Shown piece by piece: positions 24,715-27,915 of a stretch of DNA of 27,915 nt; within the stretch, counting starts at the first letter, position 1; each line of letters begins with the position of its first letter. A program made the position numbers and the translations under genes. The notes below the pieces were generated by a model. The model searched no databases and was not told where the DNA came from. It was given only the letters and a program-made list of their open reading frames with translations. Location of the stretch: the IMG/VR virus record IMGVR_UViG_3300032074_000024, positions 1 through 27,915 of that record; one strand, given 5' to 3'. Source of the DNA: a virus (lineage: Duplodnaviria > Caudoviricetes).

Positions 24715-25155
24715 TCAGTCCTCTCCTGCCTCTTGCCTGGCCTTGGCCAAAGCATCAGCCCTGGCCACCTTCTCCTCCAGCGTCATCTCTGTGCGGCTCA
24801 CGTTGAAATCCAAAGCTGCCCCATCCTTGCCGGTCAATTCGACGCTCTTGGCTTGCCGCGGGGCACCCACTACCCTGTCCAGGATCGATTTATAGATGGA
24901 GATATCCCCCCGCTTATAACAATCGACCAACAGCTTGGCTGTGAGGACCTGCATGAAGCTGCTCTTAGGATCCTCGGCCACATCCTTGATGGTGTCCCTG
25001 TTGCCTGTGAGCAGAAGGCTGGTCAAATCGGCCAGATCATCAGCTGTCATGCGCCGCACCTTGGCCAGAGCTCTGGATTTTGCGCTCGAGCCTTTGGGAT
25101 TGCGTGTCTCCCCCTTCTTAATGCGGCCTGTGATGGGTGGCTTTCTGGGCATCAT
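24715..25155 (-). CDS. terS: Probable terminase small subunit (DUF5681-like N-terminus)
   Basis: KPP..GRIKKGETRNPKG; GD....K.ILDRVVG.P.Q; ELTGKDGAAL. Confidence 0.75.
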   Translation of the reverse strand: MMPRKPPITGRIKKGETRNPKGSSAKSRALAKVRRMTADDLADLTSLLLTGNRDTIKDVAEDPKSSFMQVLTAKLLVDCYKRGDISIYKSILDRVVGAPRQAKSVELTGKDGAALDFNVSRTEMTLEEKVARADALAKARQEAGED

Positions 25156-25234
25156 GCAACCTTTGGGTGATGGCTTAATCTGTATATGGATCAAAGAGCC
25201 TTATCGAAAGACTGCCAATGGGGCAGCGCTCAGG

Positions 25235-25819
25235 TCAAGACCATTGCGTGGTATCCCCTGGCGAAAATTCATGGCCGCATGAGGGGCACATGGTCATCTT
25301 CTGCTTCTTTTGCTCTGGCTCTTCTTGGATCTCTTCTTCCCCAAAAGTCTTGGCAAAGAGGCCCTCTCTCTCATCAGGACCGAACATGGTCAAATCAAGA
25401 TCGAAATCTACGCTGCGAAGGTCACGCATCATCTCAGCCAACAGGGGGATGTCAAAGCGCCCAGCGCCCTGATTGGCTGCGATGTTTGCGGCGCTCTCCT
25501 GCTCAGGGGTGAATCTTACGCGCCTATAGGCGTGCCTCTCCCCATTGAGGATGACATAGCCCTCAGCTGTTGTGCCCACCTTGGTGGGTGGCTCATAAGT
25601 TCTCTCAATCACAATCTCGCTTGCGCCCAAGACGTGCGCCACCTCAAGGCGCTGGTGGCCTCCAATCAGCACGTTGGATGTCTCATTCTCCACAATGCCA
25701 GACAGATCACCGAAAGCTTCCAAAGACCTTTGGAGCATCTGTAGCTTTGACGGCGTGATGGTGCGCGGATTCTTGGGATTGGGCGTGAGGGAGGAGAGCT
25801 GCTTGATTTTCTTGGCCAT
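25235..25819 (-). CDS. ParB/Srx N-terminal domain protein with C-terminal CxxC ribbon
   Basis: LTPNPKNPR...L.RSLEAFG...IV......LIGGHQRL; CPSCGHEF. Confidence 0.85.
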   Translation of the reverse strand: MAKKIKQLSSLTPNPKNPRTITPSKLQMLQRSLEAFGDLSGIVENETSNVLIGGHQRLEVAHVLGASEIVIERTYEPPTKVGTTAEGYVILNGERHAYRRVRFTPEQESAANIAANQGAGRFDIPLLAEMMRDLRSVDFDLDLTMFGPDEREGLFAKTFGEEEIQEEPEQKKQKMTMCPSCGHEFSPGDTTQWS

Positions 25820-25873
25820 GCCGAAATTTGGCACGCACAAAGGGGCAAGGCAAACGTTGGCTGAAGGCGGGCC

Positions 25874-26059
25874 TTACTGATGCCACCAATCGTCTTGGGT
25901 CTGGTGGCTGAAATGGAGCGTCTTGGCAAAGTACATGGAGGCTCCCCCATGCTCCTCAAGCAGGACGTCTACCTGGGGAGACTCATCCTGTGGCCCTTGC
26001 GGCCTTGGCTCTTGAGGAGCGTCTGGGGGGAGGGCAGGCTTAGCGGGGGGCAAGGTCAT
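25874..26059 (-). CDS. Small Pro-rich hypothetical protein
   Basis: 61 aa overlapping the upstream gene. Confidence 0.4.
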   Translation of the reverse strand: MTLPPAKPALPPDAPQEPRPQGPQDESPQVDVLLEEHGGASMYFAKTLHFSHQTQDDWWHQ

Positions 26060-26417
26060 GCCAGTTATCATCCACTAAGTCCTGTTGCATGACGGGACGG
26101 GCCTCAGCGCGCCCTCTCATCACCCAAGCGCCCTTCTTTGAGGCAAGCAGAAACACACCATCAGCCGCGCTAAGAGTATCCCCCTTCTTGGCAAGGCCTT
26201 CTTTGACCAGAGCAGAGAAGACGGTCTGCTTCTGCTCCTCTATGCCTAGCCCCTGCAGGTTAAGCGCCACAGGGCGCATCAGCTTCAGCCCATCTTCGAC
26301 ATAGAAGAAGCAGAAGGCTTGAGCATTGGGATGCCCTTGACCCTGGGTGCCTAAGTCCATTCTTTGAGTGATAAGTTTCAATCCAGCTTTGGGTGTGCAT
26401 TTGACGTCATTCTTCAT
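26040..26417 (-). CDS. Hypothetical protein
   Basis: ATG at 26417 (MKNDVK) overlaps the end of the upstream gene; AGGAGG upstream. Confidence 0.6.
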   Translation of the reverse strand: MKNDVKCTPKAGLKLITQRMDLGTQGQGHPNAQAFCFFYVEDGLKLMRPVALNLQGLGIEEQKQTVFSALVKEGLAKKGDTLSAADGVFLLASKKGAWVMRGRAEARPVMQQDLVDDNWHDLAPR

Positions 26418-26805
26418 GGCTTTCATCCTCCTTCTCATCATAAATCTCCATAAACCTATAAGCCGCCTTAAGACGCTCCACCCTCTCCTTAATCCAGGAG
26501 GCCAAAGCCATCTTGCCATGCTCCTCACAGGCCATCACCATGCCCAGCAAGTCCTCATGCATCTCCACAGCGGCCTCTGGCAGGTCCAGAACGCCATAGG
26601 CAAAATAATTTCTTAGAGACAGAGAATGCTGGTGGACCGTTCGATCGTGGGAGAGCATCTTGATGACGGGGTAAGCCTCTATCACACACTTTTGCGTAAA
26701 GCCCCACTTGGGCAGAAATGTATCCTTCACAACGTTAAGTTTTCGCATGGGCAGCCTCCACTGCCCCTTAAGGCAGTTTGATTCCGTTCTTGGGAAGGAT
26801 ACCAT
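26407..26805 (-). CDS. Hypothetical protein
   Basis: 132 aa; AAGG upstream; an alternative start at MRKLNV is possible. Confidence 0.6.
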   Translation of the reverse strand: MVSFPRTESNCLKGQWRLPMRKLNVVKDTFLPKWGFTQKCVIEAYPVIKMLSHDRTVHQHSLSLRNYFAYGVLDLPEAAVEMHEDLLGMVMACEEHGKMALASWIKERVERLKAAYRFMEIYDEKEDESHEE

Positions 26806-26916
26806 GACCTTCTTATGGGGGCATGGCTTTTTGCGTCATGCACCTATGGCAAAAAGCAGGCGAAATCCCTGGGGGCTGCTACCCTTACAGAAGGACCTTA
26901 TCGAGGGGAGCCTGTT

Positions 26917-27051
26917 ATGTCTTTGGCCTCTGCTTTCATCCGACATCATCAGACACGGCAAAATCTGGCCCTCATCAAAAAGCAGGCTGCAGCTGAGGCG
27001 CGAAGGCTTGCCCTAATGCTCAGGCCTGGCGCTCCTGTGGGAGGCAAGTGA
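26917..27051 (+). CDS. Small hypothetical protein
   Basis: GAGGGGAG RBS before the ATG at 26917; GTGA overlap with the next gene. Confidence 0.45.
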   Translation: MSLASAFIRHHQTRQNLALIKKQAAAEARRLALMLRPGAPVGGK

Positions 27052-27329
27052 TGGCATCTCCCAGGCGCAAGCCCCAAAGCCCCATGTTCAGGCAATTTCG
27101 CAACCTACTGCCCCCAAGGGCCTATGTGGCCAATGAGCACACCCTCACTGTAGCCAGGGCCCTGATGGGCCTGGAAGCTTTTGAGGAATACCTGGATCAT
27201 GTCCTGCTCCACCTGGAGGGCCCACAACGGGATGCCCTGTGGCTGAAGCTGTGTGAGGATCTGCAGGAGTGTCTGGATGTCTACCACCAGGCAGAGCATG
27301 AGGCCGCCATGGCCGCCTTCGATGCCTGA
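27048..27329 (+). CDS. Hypothetical helical protein
   Basis: GGAGG RBS; 93 aa; converges on the gene ending at 27331. Confidence 0.6.
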   Translation: MMASPRRKPQSPMFRQFRNLLPPRAYVANEHTLTVARALMGLEAFEEYLDHVLLHLEGPQRDALWLKLCEDLQECLDVYHQAEHEAAMAAFDA

Positions 27330-27330
27330 T

Positions 27331-27747
27331 TCAGCCCCTGCCAGGTAGCGGTGGGTCCAGGTGATTGAGGGCCACGTAAAGGCCTAAGACGAAGCCCAGG
27401 GGGATGGTGACGCAAACGACCAGGCACGCGCCCAAGCATTGCAGGGTGGCCTGCCCTTGCCTTCTGTTGATGCCCTGCCACAGGGCCTGGGTGGAGGAGC
27501 GTCTTCTTGAGGGAGCAATCTCCTCTGGCTCAATCTGCTCCAGCTGGGGCAGCTGCACGTGGCCTGAATTGGGCCTGCCAAAGGGGGATCCCCTCTCAAA
27601 GGCAGCAAAAGAGGCTACCACCGAGTCACTGGCTGTGCGCTTGAAATTTTGCCGGGGCAAAGGCTGGGAGAAATAATCTGAGGCCTCATCGAGGCTTGGC
27701 CGATGCACCCTCAGCTGTGGGGACACGCTCCTCAAAGGGGAGATCAT
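27331..27747 (-). CDS. Disordered Ser/Arg/Pro-rich protein with a C-terminal transmembrane anchor (effector-like)
   Basis: ATGA overlap at 27744-27747; transmembrane segment CLGACLVVCVTIPLGFVLGLYVAL. Confidence 0.65.
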   Translation of the reverse strand: MISPLRSVSPQLRVHRPSLDEASDYFSQPLPRQNFKRTASDSVVASFAAFERGSPFGRPNSGHVQLPQLEQIEPEEIAPSRRRSSTQALWQGINRRQGQATLQCLGACLVVCVTIPLGFVLGLYVALNHLDPPLPGRG

Positions 27748-27905
27748 AGAAGGGCCAGGTTGGTGATGATGGCTGTGATGGCCGCGGCCATGAGCAGACA
27801 CTGAGCCACCCTCTTGGGGCCAGGCATCAGGGGGCTGTTTTCACTGATGTAGATGCCAGCGCTGCAGGCAATCAGCGTCAAGATGACATTGGAGTAGGGG
27901 AGCAT
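27744..27905 (-). CDS. Small two-TM membrane protein (may extend beyond the window edge)
   Basis: MLPYSNVILTLIACSAGIYI...AQCLLMAAAITAIITNLALL; AAGGA upstream; not in the ORF track. Confidence 0.5.
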   Translation of the reverse strand: MLPYSNVILTLIACSAGIYISENSPLMPGPKRVAQCLLMAAAITAIITNLALL

Positions 27906-27915
27906 GGCATCCTTC

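Larger units (their letters stand above)
1..27915 (-). mobile_element. Tailed phage/prophage DNA packaging and head morphogenesis region; no boundaries or att sites in window
   Basis: TerS, TerL, portal, gpF, protease, scaffold, cement and MCP start are co-oriented, with many overlapping start/stop codons. Confidence 0.95.

Noticed and set aside
1-27915. CRISPR arrays, tRNA/rRNA genes, integrase/att sites, inteins, stop-codon recoding
   Set aside because: None seen; intergenic gaps are short, and genes are intact under the standard code with TAA, TGA and TAG all used as stops

Overview
The window is a segment of a tailed dsDNA phage or prophage, with almost all genes on the minus strand. Read right to left, the packaging/head module runs: ParB-like protein, terminase small subunit, PhaR-like regulator, SSB, orphan IS3 OrfA-like HTH, terminase large subunit, C5 DNA methyltransferase, portal, Mu gpF-like protein, XkdF-type prohead protease, scaffold, capsid cement protein, a 7.4 kb fibre/decoration cassette, and the first 17 codons of the major capsid protein at the left edge. 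A Myxococcota/deltaproteobacterial-type host is inferred from the gene families. The main points of interest are: (1) four dispersed Pro/Ser-rich ORFs, three of them tightly coupled into the operon, carrying eukaryote-type linear motifs and a domain resembling fungal secreted proteins (a possible eukaryote-manipulating module); (2) a dual-coding C5 methyltransferase with motif IX in a nested second frame and one shared RBS; (3) a prohead protease fused to a SAM-methyltransferase-like domain, with repeated K|A/S putative cleavage sites and its last motif on the next gene; (4) shared intergenic motifs upstream of the portal and capsid genes, plus two tandem sigma-region-4 proteins; (5) strong enrichment of CTCGAG. 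Family assignments come from motif recognition by eye; no searches were run.
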